Shown one piece after another: positions 40,627-50,767 of a stretch of DNA of 64,000 nucleotides. The translations under genes and the position numbers were made by a program. Within the stretch, counting starts at the first letter, position 1. Each line of letters opens with the position of its first letter. A model generated the notes under the pieces. It ran no database searches. It was not told where the DNA came from and saw only the letters and a list, made by a program, of their open reading frames with translations. The DNA comes from a virus: positions 4,166 to 68,165 of IMG/VR virus record IMGVR_UViG_3300027924_001484. One strand, given 5' to 3'.

Positions 40627-41248
40627 TGGTTGTTTCCATGCTGTAAATTACAGACGCCCATTGTTTTCTAAAGGCTTCTCTGGAGTCTTGATACTCAGCA
40701 GATAGATGTTTTACACCGTGATATCTTGATCTTCTATTTGCTTTTTTGTGAAGCTTTTCCTTTGAAACAACACTGACTGCTTCCAAAGCCTTCTCTTTGT
40801 CAAATGGAACATCAAAAAAGTTTGATACTTTTTGAATTGGAATATCCGGGGTTTTCAAAAAATTTTCATAGTAAATTTTAACACCAGCAATTTTGTTCCA
40901 CTTTCCAATAAAGGAGTTATACCTTCTTGTTTCTGATTTTATGAAAAACTCAGACTTGTTTCTGTTTAAACTTGTCCAAGAATACATTACATCAACAGGA
41001 TCTCTTACAAGAAGAATTGCTCCTTTTGAATTTTGTGGAATTATATCCAGATGATGATCATGAATGGAAAGCCACATATAGTTAGAAGATTTTCCAGGAA
41101 GAAATGTTAAGCCTCCATCTTGAGGCGGCGCTCTGTGTCTATCAAAGTAAAGCTCTAGTACTGCATTTACAAAATGATTTCCAGACCTTGGAAATCCAAC
41201 TAGTAATGGAAGGTGACCCCACCTATTCATCATTTCACATTCTTTCAC
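40595..41248 (-). CDS. Sulfotransferase family protein
   Basis: 5'-PSB motif GFPRSGNHF; 3'-PB motif [16 protein letters not shown]. Confidence 0.8.
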   Translation of the reverse strand: MKECEMMNRWGHLPLLVGFPRSGNHFVNAVLELYFDRHRAPPQDGGLTFLPGKSSNYMWLSIHDHHLDIIPQNSKGAILLVRDPVDVMYSWTSLNRNKSEFFIKSETRRYNSFIGKWNKIAGVKIYYENFLKTPDIPIQKVSNFFDVPFDKEKALEAVSVVSKEKLHKKANRRSRYHGVKHLSAEYQDSREAFRKQWASVIYSMETTNVNKTKNSNP

Positions 41249-42195
41249 TATCTGCCTCTAACGTTTGGGTAGGTTTCTTCAAACCAATCCCATGTTTCCC
41301 TAAGTCCAACTTCTATTGTTGTGTAGTATTCCATTGGGTATTCGCTATTATAGAGAGCAGTGGAGGATGGTTTTCTTAGTTGTCCTGTTGGTTCTGAACT
41401 ATCCCATTCAATTTTGGCATAGTCAAATCCAGAAATCATGCAAAGTGTCTCTGCAAGTCGTTTTATTGAAATTGGCTGTGATGTGTTTCCAATGTTGTAA
41501 GTTTCATATAGCGGATAAACTAGATTAACAAGATTCAACAGATCCCTTGCAATATCAGGTGCATATGTAAACTCTCTAATGGCTTCACCAGTTCCCCACA
41601 GTTTCAACTTGGAATCGCCAGACAGTTTTGCTTCATATATTTTGCGCATCATTGCAGGCACTACATGACTATCTTCGAGGTCGAAATTATCATGCTTACC
41701 ATAAATGTTGTTTGGAATTGCGCAAATGAACTTCTTGTTTCCATTTTGTTCGTTGTAGGCTCGCGACTGAACTTCAATCATTCTTTTGGAGTATGCATAG
41801 CCAAAGTTAGAACTGTGTGGTGGTCCCTTATGCAACTGAGATTCTGTTAAAGGGTAGACAACATGAGCACTATCTGGGTATACACATGTACTAAGCAGCG
41901 AAACAACTTTTACGCAAGACTTAGTTTCGTTGGCAGCGCGAAGTACGTTTGCATTAATTTGTTGATTGAGAGCACAAAAATCTCCATTTGCAGACATGTT
42001 AGCTTTTACGCCGCCGACTTTAGCAGCAAGATGAATCACATGTGTAGGTTTGTTCCACTTGAACATGTCATTTACTTGTTCAGAGTTTGTAAGGTCAAAA
42101 TTCTTTGAACCAACAAAGACTCCTTCTTCATCCCAAATGCGTTCTTGAATAGCTTTTCCCACCATTCCAGTTCCACCAGTTACTAAAAGTTTCAC
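41248..42195 (-). CDS. fcl: GDP-L-fucose synthase (epimerase/reductase)
   Basis: TGGTGMVG; HLAAKVGGVKAN; STCVYP; YAYSK; PNNIYG.HDNF...SHVVPA; WGTG...REF. Confidence 0.93.
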   Translation of the reverse strand: MKLLVTGGTGMVGKAIQERIWDEEGVFVGSKNFDLTNSEQVNDMFKWNKPTHVIHLAAKVGGVKANMSANGDFCALNQQINANVLRAANETKSCVKVVSLLSTCVYPDSAHVVYPLTESQLHKGPPHSSNFGYAYSKRMIEVQSRAYNEQNGNKKFICAIPNNIYGKHDNFDLEDSHVVPAMMRKIYEAKLSGDSKLKLWGTGEAIREFTYAPDIARDLLNLVNLVYPLYETYNIGNTSQPISIKRLAETLCMISGFDYAKIEWDSSEPTGQLRKPSSTALYNSEYPMEYYTTIEVGLRETWDWFEETYPNVRGR

Positions 42196-42830
42196 TTGTC
42201 CAACTTTCTCTTAAAAACAACTACTGCAAATCCTGAACTGTGCATAAACGTATTTTCAAGCACAGTACACTCATCGCCGAGTTCATCCAATATTCTTCGT
42301 TTGTCACCAAAGTTGATGTCATCGATAAGAACAACAGCTTCGTCTGATAGTTTTGGCTTGTAACAAATCCATTCTTGTGATACCTGTTTATAGGTGTGGA
42401 TTGTATCAAACAAAATCAAGTCAATATTGTTGGGAATAAGTTCTAAGCAAGAATCTGATAAACAGTTTCCAAACTGAAAATAAACCTGTGGTGACTGTTT
42501 GATGCTGTCTGGTACATATCTTAGGTCACGAACAATATCAACAGAAGTAAATGTCTGTTCTGCTGACAGAGCTGTCGCAACAGCTAGAGTTGATAGACCT
42601 TCACGATTTCCAAGCTCGACAATGGTTTTGAATCGTTCTGGGTGCTTGGTAAGCAGATGCATGAAATACAAGTACTTTCCTGAACCTTCTGGTATGTTGC
42701 GGTAGTATCCCCAAAATTCTTCATTCTTCTTTACTAGGTCAAGCTCTGAACACTCCAAGTCCATTTTTCTTAGGTTGTCTTTTTCACAAAAGAAAGCTAA
42801 CTCTTTAGTAAAGTGCAGCAAGTCTGTCAT
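42192..42830 (-). CDS. Class I SAM-dependent methyltransferase (Methyltransf_24-like)
   Basis: IVELGNREGLST; IDLILFDTIHTY; VVLIDD. Confidence 0.85.
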   Translation of the reverse strand: MTDLLHFTKELAFFCEKDNLRKMDLECSELDLVKKNEEFWGYYRNIPEGSGKYLYFMHLLTKHPERFKTIVELGNREGLSTLAVATALSAEQTFTSVDIVRDLRYVPDSIKQSPQVYFQFGNCLSDSCLELIPNNIDLILFDTIHTYKQVSQEWICYKPKLSDEAVVLIDDINFGDKRRILDELGDECTVLENTFMHSSGFAVVVFKRKLDK

Positions 42831-43684
42831 AGGTTAGTTCCTTCATAAAGTTTTCTAATCGCATCTTCAACTGATATTAGTGGTGCCCATAGTTCTTTTG
42901 GGATTGCATTTAATTCAGAAGGTCGAAGCTCTGGAGTGTCATGACTAAATGCATCTTCTTTGCCAGAAATAATACTTGGAATTATTCCAGTGTGCTCCTT
43001 GTGGATTTCAGAAACAATTTTTGCAACGTCTTGGATGGTCATCATTTTTTCTCCAAAGACATGAATTGGCTGAGTAAAACTTTCAACAGCGTGCTTGTGG
43101 TTATCCATGATTGTTGCAAGAGCGCGGACACAGTCACTAACATGTAAGAAGTTTCTTGATTCTAGTCCATCTGTTTCTAAATTGATGTATGCCCATGTTT
43201 TGACACGGTGAATCATGTCTGTAATGACATTGGATTTGTCTCCGTACTCTTGTTCTCCAAACACATTCCATAGTCTTACAGATGCACCTTGACTACTCAT
43301 AGTGTTCACATATCTTTCTCCAAGGTCTTTCAAAAGCCCATAGTTACTATCCTTAGACTTGGCAGCCATCATAGAAGATACATATAAAAATGGAACCTTC
43401 TTTCTAGCCAAAGCCGTGAATACATTATCCATGATCTTTACGTTGTTTGAAATAAATTCTTGTGTTTTGTCAGCATGCGCCAAATACTTCGAACCACCAA
43501 TATCAAATGCCAAAAAGAAAACATAGTCTGCATCACCAATCAAAAGTTCTGCTTCTCGTGCAGAACTTCTTAGGTCATGTAAGTCGCCAAGTTTGATGTC
43601 AACTTTTCTAACGTCTTGCGACTTTAGAAATCTAGCAAGAGGTTTTCCAATTTGTCCTTCCGAACCGAGTATGCATATTTTCAT
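42827..43684 (-). CDS. NAD-dependent epimerase/dehydratase
   Basis: ILGSEGQIG; YVSS; YGLLK; RLWNVFG; RNFLHVSD; start taken at the ATGA overlap. Confidence 0.88.
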   Translation of the reverse strand: MKICILGSEGQIGKPLARFLKSQDVRKVDIKLGDLHDLRSSAREAELLIGDADYVFFLAFDIGGSKYLAHADKTQEFISNNVKIMDNVFTALARKKVPFLYVSSMMAAKSKDSNYGLLKDLGERYVNTMSSQGASVRLWNVFGEQEYGDKSNVITDMIHRVKTWAYINLETDGLESRNFLHVSDCVRALATIMDNHKHAVESFTQPIHVFGEKMMTIQDVAKIVSEIHKEHTGIIPSIISGKEDAFSHDTPELRPSELNAIPKELWAPLISVEDAIRKLYEGTNL

Positions 43685-44844
43685 TCCATCCATCCCTTCA
43701 ACCAGTCATTTGTTTCTAAGCTTGATTCTATAGGAAGATGACTAGCATACACTTCTTCATACACACGAATCCATTTTTCTATATTTGTTTCAAGTGAAAC
43801 ATAGTTCTTGTACTGTTTCTTCGCTTCTTTAACCAAGTTTTCATACCAACAAAAATCAAGTCTTAAATCAGACAAATATGTAGCGTATTCTTCTATGGTT
43901 GAAGCAACCATTCCTGCACTTCCAAAAGTTTCAACATGACCCATGGCTGGGGCTTTGTGAGTTACAATTGGTAAACCACACTTCAACGCTTCTGCTATTG
44001 CCATAGAGTACGTTTCACCATCTGCTCTTCCGTGAGCATATACATTCAAACCAGAAAGAAACTTAAAAATCTCAGTATAGTCTCCAGTTGAAGGCAAGTA
44101 AAAGAAGTTCTTTAGACCTAATTTCTTTGCTTGTTCTTGATATTTGGTTGAACCACCAAGCATAACAAAACATGTATTATCAGTCTCAATGCTTGAATAA
44201 GCTTGTAGCGGAACCGAAGAATATATGCCATCATCTGAACGCTGGTGTAAGCCATATGCAAACAAGTCTGCTGGAAAGACCTTACCTCTGATTGAATCTG
44301 ATTGTTCAGGTACCTCTGGCATTTCTGAAAGAAGTGGAATTACTACTGCTTTGTGTTCAGGTCCACCAGCTTTGACCCATGTATCCTTTTGAAAGTTTGA
44401 TATGTGAACACTCTTTGCAATGTTACTTTGATTATCTGCCATACCTGGCAACGTAATCAAGTCTACAATTGGAATGTTTTTTATATGAGTAAATGGATAC
44501 TCTGGATGTCCAGCTCTGGCGGTCTGTATGATGTCGAAGTCATTCTCATTGAACACATCCCAAAAGTTCGTATCAATCCATGTATGCGTTGGAGTTTGCA
44601 CGTTTTTGAACCCAACGTCAAATTTGACCAATTTGACTTCATTGGATTCCATGTATGCTTTTCTATCTGGATCTGTATCTGGGTGTATCCAATTTGATCC
44701 AATATATGGAGCGGAGTCACAGTAGAAATATGTTACATCAAACCTGTCCTTTGGAAGATTTGCACAAACAGTTTGTAAGCCTCTTTCAGTACCTCCAGCA
44801 GATAACCCGCCAAATTTTACAAATGCAATTTTAATCTTTTTCAT
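43681..44844 (-). CDS. Glycosyltransferase, GT4/GT-B
   Basis: GLSAGGTER; HGRADGETYSMAIAEALKCGLPIV. Confidence 0.9.
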   Translation of the reverse strand: MKKIKIAFVKFGGLSAGGTERGLQTVCANLPKDRFDVTYFYCDSAPYIGSNWIHPDTDPDRKAYMESNEVKLVKFDVGFKNVQTPTHTWIDTNFWDVFNENDFDIIQTARAGHPEYPFTHIKNIPIVDLITLPGMADNQSNIAKSVHISNFQKDTWVKAGGPEHKAVVIPLLSEMPEVPEQSDSIRGKVFPADLFAYGLHQRSDDGIYSSVPLQAYSSIETDNTCFVMLGGSTKYQEQAKKLGLKNFFYLPSTGDYTEIFKFLSGLNVYAHGRADGETYSMAIAEALKCGLPIVTHKAPAMGHVETFGSAGMVASTIEEYATYLSDLRLDFCWYENLVKEAKKQYKNYVSLETNIEKWIRVYEEVYASHLPIESSLETNDWLKGWME

Positions 44845-45863
44845 TTCCAGTATCCATATAGGTTTTTGGTAACTTCATAGTCAACAGTCTTAACTTCTTT
44901 TGGTTTTTGCGCAATAGCCCACTTCATCATGTCACCAACAAGTGTATCAAGAACTGTTTCATCTATAAAGCCTAGTTCAGATTTAGCTTTGTCATGGTTA
45001 CACCAAGCTTCTTTTACTTCTGTTCGTTCTTCCAGATACTGTATCTGTACTGGTTTTAGTTCATTTTCTTTTGCCGCCTTAGTTACGCTTGTAACCAAGT
45101 CTAGAATGGTGCTTGGTTTATCCGCCCCGATATTCCATACTGGCATGCTTCCATAGTCTTGTCTAGAGTGAATACTCATAAGCTTTTCTAGAGGCTCCAT
45201 GTAGTACTTGATGTCAGAGTAGGCTCTCTGTTGTAGACCATCTCCATAAACCGTCAGGGGCTCTCCAGCGATAGCTTGACGAATGAAGATACCAATCACG
45301 TTTCTATACCTATCCCAAATGTTTTGGTAAATTCCATGAACATTGTGTGGGCGAACAATTGCGTAATCAAGACCGTGGTACTTGTAAGCAGATTCAAGGT
45401 CAAGTTCAATAGCTCTTTTTGCTATGCCATATGGAGTTTCTGGTATTGCTTTTAAAATGCCATCTTCAAAAAATGGTGAAGGGGCACTACCATATACTTC
45501 CATTGAGGACGTAAAGATAAACTTCTTTACATTGCCATTGATACAAGCATTGATTAGTTTTGATGGCTGAATTATGTTGTCTTGATAGTTTTGAGTTCTG
45601 ATATATGGGCTCAAACCGGCAGCAGCCATTGCTGCAAAGTGATACACATAGTCTATAGTGCCAGACTCAACTAAGCCAAGAACAGATTCTTTGTGTCCAA
45701 CATTGCAATGCATGAACACAAAATTGTTGTGTTTCGCAACATGCTCAATGCTGCCGCCACTTAGGTTGTCAACTCCAAACACCCTGTGACCCTTTGAGAG
45801 TAGGTGTCTTGAAAAATTCGCACCAAACAAACCAGCAGCACCAGTAATCAAAACTCTATTCAT
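44841..45863 (-). CDS. NAD-dependent epimerase/dehydratase (GalE-like SDR)
   Basis: LITGAAGLFG; VDNLSGG; FTSSMEVYG; PYGIAK; RPHNVHG; VYGDGLQQR. Confidence 0.92.
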   Translation of the reverse strand: MNRVLITGAAGLFGANFSRHLLSKGHRVFGVDNLSGGSIEHVAKHNNFVFMHCNVGHKESVLGLVESGTIDYVYHFAAMAAAGLSPYIRTQNYQDNIIQPSKLINACINGNVKKFIFTSSMEVYGSAPSPFFEDGILKAIPETPYGIAKRAIELDLESAYKYHGLDYAIVRPHNVHGIYQNIWDRYRNVIGIFIRQAIAGEPLTVYGDGLQQRAYSDIKYYMEPLEKLMSIHSRQDYGSMPVWNIGADKPSTILDLVTSVTKAAKENELKPVQIQYLEERTEVKEAWCNHDKAKSELGFIDETVLDTLVGDMMKWAIAQKPKEVKTVDYEVTKNLYGYWK

Positions 45864-45867
45864 AGAT

Positions 45868-46743
45868 TCACTTTACAAGATTTTTGATTTGGTGTACATG
45901 CCAAATATCAAGAGACATAAATGGTTCAACTCCATGCTTAGTAAACAGTTCTGCAATTTCTTTGACATGCCAGGATTGTTCTGTTCTTGCTAGACTTATT
46001 GGCTTTGGACAAGTAATACCACTTAGCCATGATTCTGGAATTGGTTCAACTAACGCCCTGTTGTCATCAAGAGTTATACTGTATTTCTGATTGATCGCGG
46101 CAGCAGATTTTTCTCCAAGCACTAACTCCTGACATCTATACCAGCACTGCTTTTCTTGGAATGCTTGCCAGTCAGAGAACTGCCAATGCAATACAGCACC
46201 ATACTTTGGATTCAACTTGAGTAAGTTGGTTTCGTTGTTTTCTCCTGGAGTTCTACCCTCACACAAGAAGTTCATGTGCGCAGAAGAGGTTCCATCGTCA
46301 CAGAAAATGAAGTCCTTGTAGTTATTAGACCAAACACTTGCATCATTTCTGTAGTGGTCAAGAGATTTCCAGACAGCTAACCATTGCATAGAAATCTTGT
46401 CTCCCGGCTTCATGCTTGATAGAACTTTTGGAAACTTTTTCAAGAACGGAGCCGTAAATGTTTCATCAGCATCTAGGCACACAAAGTGAGTTCCTCCAGC
46501 AGCTCTACCAAAATCAAGTAGGTCTTGTCTTGTTTGATGAACAGACCACGAACCTTGTTGTTTTTTACTGTGTACACTAACAGCAAACTTAGAAGTTTGT
46601 GATGCTTCAAGTATTTCTTTACCTCCATCAACAGAACCATCATCAACAGCTATTAAAGCATCGCAACACTTTGAAATGCTTGATAGATAACTTGCGAGGA
46701 ACCTTGATTCGTTTTTGAATGGTAACAGTGCAATGATTTTCAT
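45868..46743 (-). CDS. Glycosyltransferase, GT2/GT-A
   Basis: PFKNE; VDDGSVDG; CLDADE. Confidence 0.88.
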   Translation of the reverse strand: MKIIALLPFKNESRFLASYLSSISKCCDALIAVDDGSVDGGKEILEASQTSKFAVSVHSKKQQGSWSVHQTRQDLLDFGRAAGGTHFVCLDADETFTAPFLKKFPKVLSSMKPGDKISMQWLAVWKSLDHYRNDASVWSNNYKDFIFCDDGTSSAHMNFLCEGRTPGENNETNLLKLNPKYGAVLHWQFSDWQAFQEKQCWYRCQELVLGEKSAAAINQKYSITLDDNRALVEPIPESWLSGITCPKPISLARTEQSWHVKEIAELFTKHGVEPFMSLDIWHVHQIKNLVK

Positions 46744-47573
46744 CTGGAGTTTCCTTTTGTGAAAGCGTCATAATCTTCAAAGAATTCTCGAACACAGTGA
46801 GCTTTGCCAAAATTGACAATAGTCATAGGGTCATAGTCTTTAAACTTTTCGTGCTGAACCAGTTGTGGCTCAACCTTATCTGTTATTCCATATCTAACTT
46901 CAACAACAGTACGCTCTACTGGTTGTTTCCATGAGCCATTAGTTGAGGCACCACGACCTTCATCAAGGTAATAACCCAAAACTCCATGAACCATTTCAGC
47001 TTTGGAGACAGAACACAGCCTAACTGCAAGGTCAAAGTCTGCTCCTGACTTTAGTTGCTCGTCAAAATAGCCTATAACCTCATTGAGCGACTTTCTCCAC
47101 ATGAAGAATGGTCCGAGTATCATTCCTCTCGTAAGCTCTTGAGGTGGATATAGAAATTGGTTGTGGTCCATATATTGTCCATGCTTGGAACCCCAAGATT
47201 TTACAATAATGAAATTACCATATGAAACTCCGACATCAGAGTTCTCTTCAAGAATCTTTACTTGTTTCTCAAGGCTATCTGGTGTTCTTAGGTCATCAAC
47301 ATTCCATATACAAATATTTGGAGCTAGTGACTCTGCAATGCACCTGTTCATAGATATGCCAATAGGATCCACTGGATTGACAATGATATGTTTTAGTTTG
47401 CCAGGATACTGCTTTTGAAACGAAGCAACCCACTCTAACTCTTGGTTGGTGGGTTCATTGTGATCTAAAACTACTTCTATCTCGTCAAAGATTGTTTGTT
47501 TTGGCAACTCTTCAAGAAACAACTTCAAGTAGCGTTCCATGTTATAACATGGACTAATGCATGAAACTCTCAT
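46740..47573 (-). CDS. Glycosyltransferase, GT2
   Basis: ISPCYNMERYL; WNVDD; GYFDEQLKSGADFDLAVR. Confidence 0.9.
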   Translation of the reverse strand: MRVSCISPCYNMERYLKLFLEELPKQTIFDEIEVVLDHNEPTNQELEWVASFQKQYPGKLKHIIVNPVDPIGISMNRCIAESLAPNICIWNVDDLRTPDSLEKQVKILEENSDVGVSYGNFIIVKSWGSKHGQYMDHNQFLYPPQELTRGMILGPFFMWRKSLNEVIGYFDEQLKSGADFDLAVRLCSVSKAEMVHGVLGYYLDEGRGASTNGSWKQPVERTVVEVRYGITDKVEPQLVQHEKFKDYDPMTIVNFGKAHCVREFFEDYDAFTKGNSR

Positions 47574-48445
47574 GACTTGAAACCAAGTGATTCTGACGCA
47601 ATTCTCAAAAGGCTTTCTGCGGATTGTTCAAGTGTATGATTGTTAATCATGTAGTCTCTTGGAGAGTAGAGATTCTTTCCTAAGAACTTTGTATCACTCA
47701 CAAACGTCTTGAACTGGTCAATGGAAATTGGATCCATTGCAATCTCTCCACACTTGTTACTAAAATATGGAACAGAAGACGCTTGACAAACTACACTGCC
47801 ATCTTCAGATTTCCACTGATTCTTGTTGAAAACATAGCATGGTGTGTCCGTGCTTAGAATTTCCATGTAGGCAATTCCCTGTGACTCGGTGTCCGTTAGT
47901 AGAATTGCAAAGTTTGAGTTATGACACGCTTCAAGAAGTTCAAGTTCTCCATACTTTCCATATTCTATGATGGAATATCTGAGTTTGAACTTTCTCATCA
48001 TAAGCTTTACTACTTCAAGATCTGCCTGTGAACGATTCTTGAAGTAGATGAAACAATCTTGAGACTTTTTATGAGAGTCAATTGGTAACCACTTGTTCGT
48101 ATCAATTCCAACAGCCCATACATGCAAGTTATCTGGATGAACAAAGTCAAATTGTGAGTACTTGTCTTTTACCCACTGGCTTGGAACTAGAAAGTGTTTT
48201 GCTGGGTCTGAGAAGAGTTCCTTGGCTTCTGTTGGCAAAACTACAAGGTTGGGTCCATAAAGGGTTGAACGGGAGTCATACTGTTGAATATTGGGAACCA
48301 GTTGCAAAACAACGGTAAGGTCATGCTCCCCAATAATTGGCTGGTTGACTCCGTGTCCAAGCTCCTTTAAGCCAGATACCAGATTTTGGTACACTTTGCC
48401 AGGACCTCTTGCTGTTTGATTGTTTGCTATTACTTTAATGTTCAT
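47570..48445 (-). CDS. Glycosyltransferase, GT-B-like
   Basis: GPGKV; LVPSQWV; VGIDT; ESQGIAYMEILSTDTP. Confidence 0.8.
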   Translation of the reverse strand: MNIKVIANNQTARGPGKVYQNLVSGLKELGHGVNQPIIGEHDLTVVLQLVPNIQQYDSRSTLYGPNLVVLPTEAKELFSDPAKHFLVPSQWVKDKYSQFDFVHPDNLHVWAVGIDTNKWLPIDSHKKSQDCFIYFKNRSQADLEVVKLMMRKFKLRYSIIEYGKYGELELLEACHNSNFAILLTDTESQGIAYMEILSTDTPCYVFNKNQWKSEDGSVVCQASSVPYFSNKCGEIAMDPISIDQFKTFVSDTKFLGKNLYSPRDYMINNHTLEQSAESLLRIASESLGFKS

Positions 48446-48454
48446 TGTGGTTTC

Positions 48455-48664
48455 TTACATATCTGGCTTATCAGAAAAACTCCATGTTTGGTTTGGGTAT
48501 ACAAAATACTTTCCTTCTTGCCATAAAACTTCTAGGGTTCTATCCTTGTCAAAGTGTGGATTGGATTCTTTTGTGTATATGTTCAGAATTAGAACAAGCT
48601 CAAGCTTGTCAATGTTCTTAACCCAAGCTAAGTCGCCAACTTCAAAAGTATGTTTCCAACTCAT
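48455..48664 (-). CDS. Small GDLxW (SH3/KOW-like) hypothetical protein
   Basis: FEVGDLAWV...LVLILN...LEVLW. Confidence 0.6.
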   Translation of the reverse strand: MSWKHTFEVGDLAWVKNIDKLELVLILNIYTKESNPHFDKDRTLEVLWQEGKYFVYPNQTWSFSDKPDM

Positions 48665-48672
48665 AACAATTC

Positions 48673-49170
48673 CTATTGTCTTACATAGAAAGCGTCGGAA
48701 CGTTGTTCGGTCATACGTGTAAGAACTCTGTGAAAATTAAATGTGGATAGAAATGAATCTACTTCTTCTCCGCCTTGACAGTAAACAGCCTTTAGGTTTT
48801 GGAAGCGTTCAAACATGTTACCAAAGCCTTGTAGAACCGAAAGAGAGTTTGAATCACTTATGTGAACACAGTCAAAGTCATAGATGTTTAGGTGAACCTG
48901 GTTCTCCTTATAGAAGGATTCAAATTTTCTTGATTCTCCAAAACTTTCATTCACATATTCACTCTTCATTGGAAAGACTACTGTTTTTTCATACAGTGGC
49001 TTCATTAACATCCTATCTGTTTCAAACCAGATAACACGTCTGACTCCTTGTTCGCTATAGGCTTTTGCTTCGGATCCAACATCAGTTCCAATATGCAGTA
49101 TGCCTTTTAGAGGATTTCCACATTGTTGGATGCACTGTTCAAATGGTATTAACATTGAGAATTCTTTCAC
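48673..49170 (-). CDS. FkbM-like methyltransferase, degenerate
   Basis: GILHIG...VIWFE...LSVLQG...EVDSFL...DAFY scaffold, but SAM motifs altered. Confidence 0.6.
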   Translation of the reverse strand: MKEFSMLIPFEQCIQQCGNPLKGILHIGTDVGSEAKAYSEQGVRRVIWFETDRMLMKPLYEKTVVFPMKSEYVNESFGESRKFESFYKENQVHLNIYDFDCVHISDSNSLSVLQGFGNMFERFQNLKAVYCQGGEEVDSFLSTFNFHRVLTRMTEQRSDAFYVRQ

Positions 49171-50033
49171 TTGAAAGCATAGTAGTTTATGCCAGGGATG
49201 ATCTTCATGTCTTCAATTTTACACCCATTTGTTTTGAGAATAAACCCTAAGTGAGTAGATTCGCTATAGAATGGAATGTGATCACCACACTGGTGGAACC
49301 CAAATAGAAATTTTGATGCTCCAAAGAAGTTTCGTTCTGCCACGTCCACATGAGAGCTTTTAGGACTTTCAGATAAAGCCCAAGTGCTAACAAATAAATC
49401 AGCTTTGACTTCAAGACTCTTGTATAGAGGATTAGGAACTATATTGATCTTTCCGTCTATAAGTTGCCCTGTGCTGGTTACGAGGTTGACTCTTTCTTCT
49501 CCAAAAACTCTTCGAAGATACCAAGCCTGTAGTATACACATTTCTGGCAGGTCTATAATCGTGTATGTTTTTTTACACTCTGTGTCAAAAGCCTTGAGAA
49601 AAACTTTACAGAAGTTGCCATATCCTCCACCCCACTCTACAACAGAGTTAGTAGATGATAGATTTTCTTCGCCAAGCTTTCTAACATATCTAGCCATGTG
49701 GTACAGGTGATGAACACTGTTGTGAGTTGTCCGTTGTCCATCAAATGATATTTCTGGGAATAACTCAGCATCACTTGGATCTTTAAGAGCGGCATCGTAA
49801 AGATCTTTAGTGAAGAACTTCTGTATGATGTGAGTTTGGTTTCTTAGAATCTCTCCCTGAGAATTCATAAATAAGTAACCCTGAAAGTTTGGGTCAGCTA
49901 ACAGAGAAGGTAAAGAACCGTTGACAATTGCGGCATTGACTTTGTTTACTACCTTGCGCCACTCTGGATGAACGTCACCATCTTCTACAATAGGCATTGC
50001 CTGCAATTCTTCACTTGGTGTTTTCGTTGTCAT
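49167..50033 (-). CDS. Putative sugar O-methyltransferase
   Basis: VVEWGGGYGNF; YTIIDLPE...Q.WYL; DLFVSTWALSE; start moved to MTTKT (ATG 50033). Confidence 0.8.
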   Translation of the reverse strand: MTTKTPSEELQAMPIVEDGDVHPEWRKVVNKVNAAIVNGSLPSLLADPNFQGYLFMNSQGEILRNQTHIIQKFFTKDLYDAALKDPSDAELFPEISFDGQRTTHNSVHHLYHMARYVRKLGEENLSSTNSVVEWGGGYGNFCKVFLKAFDTECKKTYTIIDLPEMCILQAWYLRRVFGEERVNLVTSTGQLIDGKINIVPNPLYKSLEVKADLFVSTWALSESPKSSHVDVAERNFFGASKFLFGFHQCGDHIPFYSESTHLGFILKTNGCKIEDMKIIPGINYYAFK

Positions 50034-50367
50034 GTTCTTCTGTGTCTTCCCAGTCAAAGGATAGTTGTGTGGATTTTGGTTTTTGGTAAAGTGCAGCAAT
50101 CTCGTCGTCAGTATACATTTTAGTAATGCTGCCATCAAACTCCCGCTCGCCAATTCTTTTTGAATCTTCGCACATCTCGGCAACACTACGAACATAGCGT
50201 CTTAGTGATAAACTTCTGTGGAGTTCTTCCCATAGTTCAACTTCAATTTCATCGGCAGTCCCAAATCTTTTCGTTCTTAGTTTTATCCAGCCAGGGTCAA
50301 CTTCTTCCCAAACTGCATATGGAGTACCAATAGCCTTGAATCTTACTATTAGGTTTCCGCCACTCAT
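50011..50367 (-). CDS. Hypothetical protein
   Basis: ATGA overlap with the upstream stop; GGAGG SD. Confidence 0.55.
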   Translation of the reverse strand: MSGGNLIVRFKAIGTPYAVWEEVDPGWIKLRTKRFGTADEIEVELWEELHRSLSLRRYVRSVAEMCEDSKRIGEREFDGSITKMYTDDEIAALYQKPKSTQLSFDWEDTEEHDNENTK

Positions 50368-50555
50368 TTCCATTCCTCCAACTCTTCTGAGTCTAGGTTT
50401 GCGAAGGATTCTATCTCTTCTTCTGTCCATGGTTCATCTAGCCAAGAGTCATATTCTTCTGTGGGGGTCCCAACTAAGAGTCCATCGGGCAGTTCGATGT
50501 CTTTTGTTCGTTCTAGCATTTCCAGGTACAACTTCCTTGCTTCTTCTTTGGTCAC
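50364..50555 (-). CDS. Small acidic hypothetical protein
   Basis: GTGA overlap, GAGG SD. Confidence 0.55.
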   Translation of the reverse strand: MTKEEARKLYLEMLERTKDIELPDGLLVGTPTEEYDSWLDEPWTEEEIESFANLDSEELEEWK

Positions 50556-50767
50556 GAGTCTACTTCCTCAACAGAAAATTCGTCTAAACAACACGACTCT
50601 CCATCAATCTCTCCATTGCGGTATCCACAAACAAGGATCAAACCTTCTTTTTTCCACATGGAATACTCCTCAAGAGTCATTCTCTCCAATGGAGACTTAT
50701 CGTATTGGTACACTTCGGTTCCTTCGTCGAACCAAGTTCCATCTGATATGAGTTTTACTCTCTTCAC
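50552..50767 (-). CDS. Small hypothetical phage protein
   Basis: TWFDEGTEV...DGESCCLDEF; coupled overlaps. Confidence 0.6.
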   Translation of the reverse strand: MKRVKLISDGTWFDEGTEVYQYDKSPLERMTLEEYSMWKKEGLILVCGYRNGEIDGESCCLDEFSVEEVDS

